DNA from: Nitrospirota bacterium
GTDB lineage: Bacteria; Nitrospirota; Thermodesulfovibrionia; Thermodesulfovibrionales; JdFR-88
DNA: 64,000 nucleotides
Direction: 5' to 3'
Assembly (NCBI GenBank): GCA_021813405.1
Contig: JAKAKS010000009.1
Location: forward strand, 26,390-90,389
Part shown: piece after piece, positions 43,910 to 55,253 of the stretch
Layout of the letters: each line of letters opens with the position of its first letter
Numbering within the stretch: position 1 is the first letter of the stretch
Notes under the pieces: generated by a model
Told to the model about the DNA's origin: nothing
What the model saw: only the letters and a program-made list of their open reading frames with translations
The model's database searches: none
Program-made: the position numbers and the translations under genes

Positions 43910-45112
43910 TTAAGCGAAACGCTCTCTGATAGAGTTTACTATTCTGTATTTCCATGCGAGGGAACGGCTAACCGTATACGGAGAGAGCACGGAATCCTTG
44001 CCTATAATATATTTATTGCCCCTCCAGGCAACTCCCTGAGAAAAGATGGGCACAAACCAGATGAGCCCGATGAGAATGTCCTTTAATGGCACAAGCAGAT
44101 ATGAAAGCGGGTGCATCCCCGTCCCGGTTTCTTTTCCGATGTACAGGTCGCCCGCTATCTTGAGCATGCTTGTAAAAAGGGCCAGCATAATCGCGGAGCG
44201 AACAGGGCCCAGAATAAAAAGCGGCATGGCCGAGGTGAATACGGGGTTGGCCGCCAGTTCCGAAACGTATTTTGCGCCGCCAATCTTCCAACGCAGCTTG
44301 CCCCACCTTGTGTGCCGGTTAAGGAATTTTTTGATCCCCCAGTAATGGTTTACATTCTGTATCCGGTATGGCGAGAGCACAACCCTCTTGCCGCTTTCAC
44401 CCATCTTTTTGCCAAGCAGATAATCCTCCGCAAGCACGTCCTTTACGCCGTGCAGTCCGCCGATGGCCTCCAGATCTTTCTTCCTCATTAGCATGGACTT
44501 GCCCACAACGCATGGCAATTTCAAAAATCTGTCCAGAAAACACACGCTGCCCATTATAAAGGAATTCATATGAAGGTTCTCCAGCACGGAGCCGGCGGTG
44601 CGCCCGCCCACGCCTTCAATTAAATTAGATACAAGGCCAACGTTGGGGTCATTCATCGGGGACACGGTACTTTTCAGGTATTGCCTGCCTGCCTGGACGT
44701 TGCTGTCACTAATTAATATGTATTCGTATTTTGCGGCATCATATGCGGCCATCAGGTTGTTTACCTTCGGATTCAGCCCCGCATTGCACCTTTTGGCCAC
44801 TATCCTGATGTCTTTGCCGGGGTATTTGTTTTTGACCTTCTGAGCAACCTTGCAGGCCTGGTCGTTCATGTCCTGAAGGGCGAATATCAGCTCGTAGCGG
44901 GGATAATCGAGATGGCAAAAGCTTTCAAGGTTGTCAAAAAGGTTGTCGTCCAGCCCTTTAAGCGGCTTTAATATCGAAATTGGCGGGGTATAGTCTGTCT
45001 GTATACCTTCATTATTTTCTTGCTTTTGAGCGGCGGCCCGTATAGACCAAAGCTGCAGCCCGTAGCATAAAAGACCAACTGCGGTGAGGGCCGAAAATAT
45101 TTGCGTGGTCAT
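43910..45112 (-). CDS. GT21/GT2 glycosyltransferase homologous to ceramide glucosyltransferase (also the family of hopanoid HpnI)
   Basis: The 400-aa ORF has ISILKPLKGLDDNLFDNLESFCHLDYPRYELIF, GLNPKVNNLM, ILISDSNV, GKSMLMRKKDLEAIGG, LAEDY and NRHTRWGKLRW ((Q/R)xxRW). By eye it is collinear with animal UGCG. Confidence 0.8.
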   Translation of the reverse strand: MTTQIFSALTAVGLLCYGLQLWSIRAAAQKQENNEGIQTDYTPPISILKPLKGLDDNLFDNLESFCHLDYPRYELIFALQDMNDQACKVAQKVKNKYPGKDIRIVAKRCNAGLNPKVNNLMAAYDAAKYEYILISDSNVQAGRQYLKSTVSPMNDPNVGLVSNLIEGVGGRTAGSVLENLHMNSFIMGSVCFLDRFLKLPCVVGKSMLMRKKDLEAIGGLHGVKDVLAEDYLLGKKMGESGKRVVLSPYRIQNVNHYWGIKKFLNRHTRWGKLRWKIGGAKYVSELAANPVFTSAMPLFILGPVRSAIMLALFTSMLKIAGDLYIGKETGTGMHPLSYLLVPLKDILIGLIWFVPIFSQGVAWRGNKYIIGKDSVLSPYTVSRSLAWKYRIVNSIRERFA

Positions 45113-45119
45113 GTTCCTC

Positions 45120-45809
45120 CTAATTTCTGAAGAGGGTGATCGCCACCCCCTTGTTGTGCCTTATGCATTGTTTTACCGATTCCACATCCTTTTCACAGTT
45201 CAGCAGGGTCTTCCAGGAGTATAAGTGCCTTGGCTTGTGAAAATCGCTGTTTGCTATGTAGTGGTATTTTTTCAGACTGATGACGTTGAATACATCATCC
45301 CTGTTTGCGATCTCCCAGGCGTCTATGTGCCTTGCGTATTTGTCCCTGTTGTTCCACAGGTACAAGGTGTCTCTGGAATTGTCCGAAAGATGATGCGGGT
45401 GGCACGCAACCGTGATGGCATCCTGTCTTTTAGCTTCCAGGAATATTTTTTCGTAACTCATGCAGGCCGGGATGAATTCTTTTACGTCCAGCACCAGTAT
45501 ATGGGCAGACATGTCAATGGAGATATGGTTTTTGCTTATCTCGACACCGGGAATAACAAGCATCCCGTACTTGTCCCAGGCCCGTCGTGCCTGCTGCTGC
45601 ACGGCTGCCATGTATTCATCAAAGTTGTCCCCCCTTACGGAAAATCTGAATCTTTGGGCAAGTTTTCCTAACAGGTTGTCCCCGTTTACAACGTGGTCCG
45701 TTATTGCGATAACATCAAAGCCGGCCTGTCCGTAAAGGTCTATGACTCTTCCCAATTCCACTGACCCGTCTGAATATGTAGTGTGGATATGGAAGTCGCA
45801 TAACAACAT
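45120..45809 (-). CDS. PHP-domain metal-dependent phosphoesterase
   Basis: The 229-aa ORF has CDFHIHTTYSDGS, AITDH, PGVE and ACHPHH, which form the PHP His/Asp ladder. Confidence 0.8.
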   Translation of the reverse strand: MLLCDFHIHTTYSDGSVELGRVIDLYGQAGFDVIAITDHVVNGDNLLGKLAQRFRFSVRGDNFDEYMAAVQQQARRAWDKYGMLVIPGVEISKNHISIDMSAHILVLDVKEFIPACMSYEKIFLEAKRQDAITVACHPHHLSDNSRDTLYLWNNRDKYARHIDAWEIANRDDVFNVISLKKYHYIANSDFHKPRHLYSWKTLLNCEKDVESVKQCIRHNKGVAITLFRN

Positions 45810-45867
45810 CTTGTTTGATTTTAAAAAAGAAAAATTACAGGATTATTTCAGACAGGTGAAATTTCAA

Positions 45868-47106
45868 TTAAAACGTGCTGTTTTTTATTATTCTGGAATA
45901 AAACGAGGCCGCGGCGGTGGGGTTCCGCTCGAAAGTGTCAAAGTCCACGCTGTAAAGCCCGAACCTGGAATCGAAGCCCTGTATCCACTCATAATTGTCC
46001 ATCAGGCTCCAGTAAAAATATCCCCTTATGTCCAGCCCTTCTTTAATGCACCTTTCAACGGCCCCGATGTGCCTGGAAAGATAACTTATTTTCCTGTTTG
46101 CGTCCCTGGTAGCGATCCCGTTCTCGGTGATTATAAGGGGAACGTTCAGCATGGAAGCGTATCCCAGCACTTTCCGGAGACCTCTGGGATGGACCTCCCA
46201 TCCCATGTCGGTTAGCCCTTCCCCGTCCAAATCGCGGTGCCTGAGCTCGGCCCCCATTTTCTTAAACGGGTTGAATCTCATATGCACGCGGGTATAGTAG
46301 TTCACGCCGAAAAAATCAAGTTTGCCCTTTACCGGCACCGGAATCTTTATGGCCCTGCCGAGAGGGAAGCGGACCTCCAGCACGCCGCTCATGAACGCAT
46401 CTATAATCGAATGATTGTAAAAATGTGTGGCTATCCTTGACAGAAGCTTATCTGCCGGATTCCAGCGATGCCAGGGGGATATTGCCGCCATATTGTGGGC
46501 AACGCTTACCATTGCACCCGGGATGTTATCATGGAGAATAGCATAAGCCGCGCTATGGCAGGTCAGTATGTTCTCTAGTGCCTTGAGCGCCAGTTTGGTG
46601 TCCTTGATGCCCGGCGGCATGCAGCCCTCCAAATAACCGCCAAGCAGGAGCACATAGGGCTCATTGAAGGTAATCCAGTAGCGCACGTTTTTGAATTCTG
46701 GCGCGATCTTTTCCACGAACCGGAGGAATTTATCCCGGGATGTTTCCATATGCCAGGGGTGATTGCGGATGAACCATATGGGGTGCGTAAAGTGATGGAT
46801 CGTGACCATCGGTTCTATTCCGCTTTCGCCAAGCAGGTCCACGATGCGCCTGTAATGGTTCAGCGCCTTTTCATCCCATCTGCCGTCTTCGGGTTCTATC
46901 CGGCTCCATTCCACGGAAAACCTATAAGCGTTTACACCGATCTCCTTAAGCAGGCGCAGGTCTTCCCGGTATAGCTTGTAATGGTTTGCAGCCAGAGGCC
47001 GCTCTTTCATGGCCGGGTCCCATTGTGCCCAATCAGAGGACGGCGAGCCTTCAAGCTGGAATGCCGAAGTGGCCACGCCCCACAGGAATTTATCTTTTTT
47101 GTCCAT
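45868..47106 (-). CDS. glycoside hydrolase family 1 beta-glucosidase
   Basis: The 412-aa ORF has FLWGVATSAFQLEG, YRFSVEWSRI, the acid/base Glu in TFNEP, the nucleophile Glu in ITENG, and YFYWSLMDNYEW. Confidence 0.9.
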   Translation of the reverse strand: MDKKDKFLWGVATSAFQLEGSPSSDWAQWDPAMKERPLAANHYKLYREDLRLLKEIGVNAYRFSVEWSRIEPEDGRWDEKALNHYRRIVDLLGESGIEPMVTIHHFTHPIWFIRNHPWHMETSRDKFLRFVEKIAPEFKNVRYWITFNEPYVLLLGGYLEGCMPPGIKDTKLALKALENILTCHSAAYAILHDNIPGAMVSVAHNMAAISPWHRWNPADKLLSRIATHFYNHSIIDAFMSGVLEVRFPLGRAIKIPVPVKGKLDFFGVNYYTRVHMRFNPFKKMGAELRHRDLDGEGLTDMGWEVHPRGLRKVLGYASMLNVPLIITENGIATRDANRKISYLSRHIGAVERCIKEGLDIRGYFYWSLMDNYEWIQGFDSRFGLYSVDFDTFERNPTAAASFYSRIIKNSTF

Positions 47107-47260
47107 AAGGATTTAAATTACCTTAACCGGCGTTTATTAAACAAATGCCTTTCCAGCCGTTTCCAGGGGTAATAAAAATTTCATTCCCGTTTAACTGTGG
47201 TGTAACTTTGGCCGGGTATTCTTAAAGCAGATTTCTAAGGGGAAAAGGAAGGGACAAAAA

Positions 47261-48469
47261 ATGCCATCAGTTTTAAAAGAATTGAAGCCCGTAAATACCC
47301 AGCCGGCCGTTATGCAAAACGACACCCGCATAGGCGGCCTGATAACCTCCAGAGAGCACATCGCGCCCGGCATTCTGGTCAAGCACGCCGCCGGCCGGTT
47401 TTTTAGCGAGGGTCGGCCGGAGGCACTTGCGGTGGTTGAATGCAATGAGCCGGTGGGGCTTGTAACAAGGAATAAATTTCTTATGAAGCTCTTCAGGGCT
47501 TATGGATATGAGCTTTATGGCAGAAGGCCGGTTATCAGCCTTGCGGACACCGCTCCGCTCCTTGTGGACGGTGACGAAAGGCTGGACGTTGCGCTGGATA
47601 TGGCGATGGACAGGCCTTTTCATGACATATATGACGAATTGGTGGTAGTAGACTCTAAAGGCTGCTACAAGGGCCTTCTTTCAGTAAAGGAACTGGTTAT
47701 CCGGCAAAGCCATGCCCTGGCAGACAGTATTGTGCAGAAGGAGCTGGCAAATGCCAAGGCAAGTGAACTTGAAAAGATAAGCCAGGTTAAATCCCAATTC
47801 CTGGCCAATGTTACACACGAACTAAGGAGCCCAGTAAACGCCATCATATCGCTTGCGGAACTGATGAAAATATCATGCGACAAGGGATATATCGGGCAGC
47901 TTAAGGACAGGCTGTCTTTGCTGCTTTCAAGTTCGGCAAGCCTGAAGGCCATCATAAACAATGTGCTGGATCTTTCAAAAATAGAAGCTGGCAAAATGGA
48001 TGTGATCACCGAAAAATTTGACGTTGTTGCGGAGCTGGATGATGTGGTGGAAACCGGAAGGATCCTTATCGGGGCAAAGCCAGTGGATATAAAACTGGTT
48101 GCAGACGAGCAGTCCCTTTTTATAGAGTCCGACCCGGTCAAGTTCAGGCAGATAATCCTCAATCTTGTAAGCAATGCGGCCAAATTCACTGAAGAGGGCC
48201 GGATAATCGTTAATCTGGAGACCGAAGGTGATTTTATCATAGTATCCGTGGACGACACCGGGCCCGGCATTAAGAATGAGGACCTAGACAAGCTTTTTGC
48301 CGCTTTCAGCCAGATAGAGGACACCAAGACCAAAAGGCACGAGGGAACGGGACTGGGGCTGACTGTGACCAAATATCTTATGAACCTGCTTAAAGGACAT
48401 ATCTGGGTTGAAAGCGAATGGGGCAGAGGCACCACTTTCTTTGCGAGGCTGGCAAAAAACATAGCTTAA
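47261..48469 (+). CDS. cytoplasmic sensor histidine kinase
   Basis: The 402-aa ORF has no TM segment and an N-terminal domain of about 150 aa that looks like a CBS pair. It carries the HisKA motif FLANVTHELRSPVNAI and an HATPase domain (DDTGPGI, GTGLGLTV). Confidence 0.85.
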   Translation: MPSVLKELKPVNTQPAVMQNDTRIGGLITSREHIAPGILVKHAAGRFFSEGRPEALAVVECNEPVGLVTRNKFLMKLFRAYGYELYGRRPVISLADTAPLLVDGDERLDVALDMAMDRPFHDIYDELVVVDSKGCYKGLLSVKELVIRQSHALADSIVQKELANAKASELEKISQVKSQFLANVTHELRSPVNAIISLAELMKISCDKGYIGQLKDRLSLLLSSSASLKAIINNVLDLSKIEAGKMDVITEKFDVVAELDDVVETGRILIGAKPVDIKLVADEQSLFIESDPVKFRQIILNLVSNAAKFTEEGRIIVNLETEGDFIIVSVDDTGPGIKNEDLDKLFAAFSQIEDTKTKRHEGTGLGLTVTKYLMNLLKGHIWVESEWGRGTTFFARLAKNIA

Positions 48470-48485
48470 ATAAAGGAGAGTAACG

Positions 48486-48863
48486 ATGGAAGGCCGGAAG
48501 AAAACAATCCTTGTAATCGATGACGACGAAAAGCTGCTTATGACAACCAAAGAACTTCTTGAAAATGAGGGGTATAAGGTGCTGACGCACATGCGCGCTT
48601 TCGGGGCCACTGCCGCAGTGGGCCTTATAAAACCGGATCTTGTTCTGCTGGATATTAACATGCCTGGCCTGTCCGGCGACAGGCTGGCCTATCTGCTGAG
48701 ATCCAATGAAAAGACCAGGGACGTGCCCGTAGTCTTTTATTCTTCCAATGATGAAGACACACTGAGAAGGGCCGTAACCACACATAAGGTAAGCGGTTAC
48801 ATCGCCAAAGGCGACATATTCGATTTGCGCAAAAAGGTCTCCTGCTATTTGGACGGGCGGTAA
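48486..48863 (+). CDS. single-domain response regulator
   Basis: The 125-aa ORF has VIDDDE and LLDINMPG. It starts 16 nt after the kinase gene. Confidence 0.85.
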   Translation: MEGRKKTILVIDDDEKLLMTTKELLENEGYKVLTHMRAFGATAAVGLIKPDLVLLDINMPGLSGDRLAYLLRSNEKTRDVPVVFYSSNDEDTLRRAVTTHKVSGYIAKGDIFDLRKKVSCYLDGR

Positions 48864-49024
48864 TCCTGCAAGGAAGCTGAAGGGCCAGACGAACCTCACA
48901 TGCTGGTCCTGCCTCGGCCTCGCGAGACCCGGAGCCGCCGGAATACCGTTTCGATACGGTTGTAAAATTCCGGGATCACCTTGTTTCCAGCAGCTTGGCT
49001 TCAATGGAAACCCAGACCGGGCCA

Positions 49025-49276
49025 TCTCCATCTCCTTTCCATCCCCAAGCGCCCAGCTTACAGTTGTTCGGTCCTGTTGAAGGGGGCGCCGCTTCCGTAT
49101 CTAAGCAGAGCGACCATGGTCTCGACGCGTTCATCGTATTTTTCATTGCTAGCCTTTTCGGGCAACTGCGGCTTAAAGATTTATCCGCATAGATTGCAGC
49201 GGAGCTTTTCAAGCTCCCATATTTTTGCCTGAAGCGGCGCGCCGCCCGTGAACCTGACAACCGTTCCAGCCTTATA
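49025..49276 (-). pseudogene. decayed IS66-type transposase N-terminal fragment
   Basis: My own translation reads *YKAGTVVRFTGGAPLQAKIWELEKLRCNLCG*IFKPQLPEKASNEKYDERVETMVALLRYGSGAPFNRTEQL*AGRLGME. From memory this matches the ...QKLRCNLCG.IFTA...EKYD...IALLKYGSG.PFNRL..LQ..LGIPL region of IS66-family transposases. Three in-frame stops interrupt it, and no DDE domain follows. Confidence 0.55.
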
Positions 49277-49453
49277 CTAAAGGCCTTTCCCTGACGCCTG
49301 CTGCCGGACGCTCCGGCGTTTACCCGGTCTGGACTTTCACCAGAGAACCAATGCAATTTTTAGGCCGCACGCCCGCGGAATTTATGATGGTTTGGAGGCG
49401 GTGTTTGGCCGGAGCACCACAAGGCCAGCTTATTTGAGCGGAGGCCGCGAAAT

Positions 49454-49486
49454 AAAAAAAGGGGGCGGAAGACCGCCCCCTTTTTC
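49454..49486. terminator. bidirectional rho-independent terminator (ends bfr)
   Basis: AAAAAAA-GGGGGCGG-aaga-CCGCCCCC-TTTTTCTTT forms an 8-bp GC stem flanked by an A-run and a T-run. It lies 17 nt beyond the bfr stop codon. Confidence 0.85.
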
Positions 49487-49502
49487 TTTATGTGCAGCGC
49501 CG

Positions 49503-49967
49503 CTAGTTCTGCGTGGAAAGGAAGACGGGCAAGGTCATCTGGCCAATCTGGTCCTGAAGTGTTTCTATCCCGTCTATATGGCCGTCCTCGTCCGCAAGGA
49601 TATGTTCCAGTATCTCGCGTGTGGCGAAATCGCCAACCTCGCCGGCCAGCTTTATGCCGGTGTTATACCCTTTTACGGCAACCTCTTCCGCCTCGTGGTC
49701 GTATTGCAGCTGCTTTGCCACGTCCGCGCCGATATGTATCTTCCTAAGTTCGGAAACTATCGGGATGCCTTCCAGGAAGAGTATCCTGCCAATGAGAGTT
49801 TCGGCATGCTTCATCTCGGTAATGGCCCTTTTTTCGAAGTGCTCATGCAGTTTGCCGTATCCCCAGCTGGCGCACATCTCGGAATGCACCATGTACTGGT
49901 TGATGGCGGTCAGCTCGTCCGCCAGAAGCGAATTCAACATGTTGATTAAATCCTGATTACCTTTCAT
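49503..49967 (-). CDS. bfr: bacterioferritin
   Basis: The 154-aa ORF carries MKGNQDLINMLNSLLADELTAINQYMVHS, EMKHAE (the heme-ligand Met) and LADEDGHIDGIETQ-like ferroxidase ligand blocks. Confidence 0.95.
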   Translation of the reverse strand: MKGNQDLINMLNSLLADELTAINQYMVHSEMCASWGYGKLHEHFEKRAITEMKHAETLIGRILFLEGIPIVSELRKIHIGADVAKQLQYDHEAEEVAVKGYNTGIKLAGEVGDFATREILEHILADEDGHIDGIETLQDQIGQMTLPVFLSTQN

Positions 49968-50036
49968 CCTTAACGCCTCCTTTTTCTGAAAATACGCCGC
50001 TTGGATATTAGCACGAAAGACGGTAATTGACTATAG

Positions 50037-50501
50037 CTAATCCGAAATTTCGAAGATAAAATCCAGTTCCACCGGGCTGCCAAGCGGCAGAGAGGCAACG
50101 CCCACCGCTATCCTTGTGTGCCTGCCTTTTTCCCCGAATACTGCGCCGATTAGCTCCGATGCGCCGTTGACTACCTTTGGCTGGTCCGTGAAGTCCGGTG
50201 TGGAGGCCACGTAACCGGAAAGCCTCACGCATCTTTTTACCTTTTCCAGATTTTCTATCTCTGCTTTGAGTGCGGCGATGGCGTTTATGGCGGCTGTACG
50301 GGCGGCTAAGGCCCCCTGGGCTATGTCAACCTGCCCCCCTCCTAGCTTGCCGGTGCAAACCAGGGTGCCGCCTTTTAACGGCAACATCCCGCTCAGGTAA
50401 ACCAGGTTCCCGGTCCGCAGGGCGGGAACGTAAATGCCAAGCGGTTTGGCAGGCGCGGGGAGTTCTATCCCAAGCTCCTTCAGTTTGTCTTCAGGGCTCA
50501 T
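50037..50501 (-). CDS. RidA/YjgF/L-PSP family protein
   Basis: The 154-aa ORF has LVYLSGMLP and RIAVGVASLPLGSPVELDFIFE, which are typical of the extended RidA subfamily. Confidence 0.8.
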   Translation of the reverse strand: MSPEDKLKELGIELPAPAKPLGIYVPALRTGNLVYLSGMLPLKGGTLVCTGKLGGGQVDIAQGALAARTAAINAIAALKAEIENLEKVKRCVRLSGYVASTPDFTDQPKVVNGASELIGAVFGEKGRHTRIAVGVASLPLGSPVELDFIFEISD

Positions 50502-50510
50502 GCTGTGGCC

Positions 50511-51773
50511 TTAAAGCCCAAGCTCTTCCGGGACCCCGATGCGCCCCAGGACAGCCGTTGCCGCCGCCACTGCCGGCCCGGAGAGGTAGACCTCGCTTTC
50601 GGGGTGGCCCATCCTGCCTACGAAATTCCTGTTTGTGGTGGCAAGCGCCCTTTCCCCTTTGGCAAGAATTCCCATGTGCCCGCCAAGGCAGGGCCCGCAG
50701 GTGGGGGTGGATACCACCGCCTCGGCCTCCACAAAGACGTCCAGCAGGCCTTCTTTCATTGCCTCCCGGTATATCCGCTGAGTGGCGGGAATTACGATAA
50801 GGCGAATGTTAGGGTTAACTTTCCTGCCTTTTATAATGGATGCAGCCTCACGGATATCTTCCAGCCTGCCGTTGGTACAGGAACCTATAACCACCTGGTC
50901 TATTGATATATTTGCCAGCTCCGCCGCCGGTTTTGTATTTGACGGCAGGCTTGGGCAGGCAACCGTAAGCGGGATCTTCGAGATATCGTATTCGCGCACT
51001 TCGGCATATGCCGCATCCGCGTCAGAGTCATAGAATTTGTAACCCCGCTTGGCCCGGCCTTTTACATATTCTTCGGTTATCTTGTCCGGCACTATTATTC
51101 CGGCCTTGCCGCCGGCCTCTATCGCCATGTTGCAGATAGTAAGCCTGGCATGCATCGGGAGGCCATGTATGCCCTCCCCGGTGAATTCCATTGCGCGGTA
51201 AAGCGCCCCGTCCACGCCTATGCTGCCGATAGTATGGAGGACTATGTCCTTGCCACCAACCCATTTTTGAAAACCTGAGCCCTTATATATGAATTTCATT
51301 GATTCCGGGACCTTGAACCATATCTCCCCGGTGGCCATGGCGGAGGCTACGTCCGTTGAACCAACACCGGTAGCAAACGCCCCCAAGCCGCCGTAAGTGC
51401 ATGTGTGGCTGTCCGCTCCGATAACAACATCACCCGGTAAAACCAGCCCTTCCTCCGGCAAAAGCGCGTGCTCTACTCCCATGCGGCCTATCTCGAAATA
51501 ATTTTTGAGGTGCTGGGCCTTCGAAAATGTCCTTAACAGCTTGCACTGCTCTGCGGCCTTTATGTCCTTCTGAGGGGTGAAATGGTCCGGTACAAGCGCC
51601 ACACGCTCCGGGTCGAACACCTTTGCAGCGCCTATACGCTCGAATTCGGCTATGGCGATTGGCGCCGTTATATCGTTTGCCAGGACGAAGTCCACCCTGG
51701 CATTTATAAGCTCGCCGGGGCGCACATCCTTCTTTCCGCAATGGGCGGCAAGTATCTTTTCGGTTATGGTCAT
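50511..51773 (-). CDS. aconitase-family dehydratase large subunit (3-isopropylmalate dehydratase LeuC / homoaconitase type)
   Basis: The tracked ORF runs to 51866. I place the start at the ATG at 51773, after GGAGG ([11 protein letters not shown]). The Fe-S ligand motifs GADSHTC, GSCTNGR and CGPCLG are present. Confidence 0.9.
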   Translation of the reverse strand: MTITEKILAAHCGKKDVRPGELINARVDFVLANDITAPIAIAEFERIGAAKVFDPERVALVPDHFTPQKDIKAAEQCKLLRTFSKAQHLKNYFEIGRMGVEHALLPEEGLVLPGDVVIGADSHTCTYGGLGAFATGVGSTDVASAMATGEIWFKVPESMKFIYKGSGFQKWVGGKDIVLHTIGSIGVDGALYRAMEFTGEGIHGLPMHARLTICNMAIEAGGKAGIIVPDKITEEYVKGRAKRGYKFYDSDADAAYAEVREYDISKIPLTVACPSLPSNTKPAAELANISIDQVVIGSCTNGRLEDIREAASIIKGRKVNPNIRLIVIPATQRIYREAMKEGLLDVFVEAEAVVSTPTCGPCLGGHMGILAKGERALATTNRNFVGRMGHPESEVYLSGPAVAAATAVLGRIGVPEELGL

Positions 51774-51959
51774 CACTTTAAAACGCCTCCTTAGGGGTCT
51801 CCCGGTAAATAAAATGCTGAGAAACAGGAATTTCGTATTATATCCCGCGCGGCGTAGCGGGTACAAGATATTGAGTTAATGCCTCTGGTTTTCTGCCCCA
51901 CCCAGCCCGGCCTGCTATGTTATCAATAAGTGGCGGGACCTCTTAGATGAGCGCGGGGC

Positions 51960-52068
51960 TATATGAACAGATGGAACAGAAATTTGGCCGCAAGTGGCTG
52001 AAAAATAAACAAAAGCCCGAAATGGCTGGAACATATGAAAAAAGCAAAAAGGGACAGGGATTTTGAGG
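51960..52068 (+). repeat. repeat Y (paired with 25771-25872); contains a 31-codon ORF at 51971-52066
   Basis: GAACAGATGGAACAG...CCCGAAATGGCTGGAACATAT... aligns with the reverse complement of repeat X. The ORF reads MEQKFGRKWLKNKQKPEMAGTYEKSKKGQGF. Confidence 0.6.
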
Positions 52069-52205
52069 CGGATGATTGATAGCAGTGGAGGATGAGGATA
52101 TTTGTCCGGGGCTGGCCCGGAGAGTTTTCTTTAATTCTAGGCCGATTTGATGTAGAATAATCGTTCGTAACGATACTGACCAGGGTTGAGAGGAGGGTGT
52201 AAAGG

Positions 52206-54610
<2,405 letters not shown>

Positions 54611-54639
54611 CCGCATCCGGGGAAAATTTTTTAAAAACA

Positions 54640-54672
54640 AAGGCCTGCCAATCCGGCGGGCCTTAACTTTTT
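54640..54672 (+). terminator. rho-independent terminator after ahcY
   Basis: AAGGCCTGCC-aatcc-GGCGGGCCTT forms a 10-bp stem with one G:U pair and is followed by AACTTTTT. Confidence 0.7.
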
Positions 54673-54754
54673 CTCCTTGCCTATACCCTACTGTACTATA
54701 GCCTCCTTTCGTGATAAAAATTACTTAGGGACAGGTATCCCTAAGGAGGCCGAT

Positions 54755-55246
54755 ATGAAAGCGCATACCAAGAATCCGGGCATGCTGGACCTGATTACTG
54801 ACTGGCAGGCAATCGAAACAGATGCAATGAGCTATGTTGACGGGCAAACCGGCAAACCAGAAAACCAGAATACCCTCACTAAAACATTCCTGAGGATCCT
54901 CAAGCTGGAAGCCGAAAAGCGCTGTCTGATACAACAGGCCATAGTGGAGAGTAAACAGATGGAGGCTCCCCATCTGAGCCCGGACGAGCTGGCCACCTTG
55001 TCGGCCCATCTGAACCGGCAGGTGGGGCGCGAAGAGGAGATCCTCCCCATTGCCGAAACCGTGCTGGATGATGAAGCGAAACTTCTGGTGCCGCGTTATC
55101 TCCTTTTCTATCTCATTTCGGAGATACGGAAGGAAAACAGCCTTTTAAAAGATTTCGATGCTGAACTCAAAACCGCTTCCATCCCCACCTCGGCAACTTC
55201 ACGGATTTACGCCGAAGCGGACAGGGAGGCCTTCAGAAAAAAATAA
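54755..55246 (+). CDS. hypothetical protein (163 aa)
   Basis: The tracked ORF starts at 54677. I use the ATG at 54755, which follows AAGGAGG. The sequence looks helical, and I recognise no family. Confidence 0.5.
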   Translation: MKAHTKNPGMLDLITDWQAIETDAMSYVDGQTGKPENQNTLTKTFLRILKLEAEKRCLIQQAIVESKQMEAPHLSPDELATLSAHLNRQVGREEEILPIAETVLDDEAKLLVPRYLLFYLISEIRKENSLLKDFDAELKTASIPTSATSRIYAEADREAFRKK

Positions 55247-55253
55247 AAAATGT

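Noticed and set aside
48390-49356. ORFs of 213 aa (48390-49031) and 126 aa (48976-49356) in the spacer after the response regulator.
   Set aside because: One overlaps the well-supported kinase and regulator genes in antisense. The other is an out-of-frame reading of the decayed IS66-type transposase fragment.
51867-52205. Possible SAM riboswitch upstream of metK.
   Set aside because: I could not find the conserved SAM-I core strings or any recognisable SAM-II, SAM-V or SAM/SAH features by eye, and the region is largely occupied by repeat Y. A covariance-model scan would be needed to exclude this formally.
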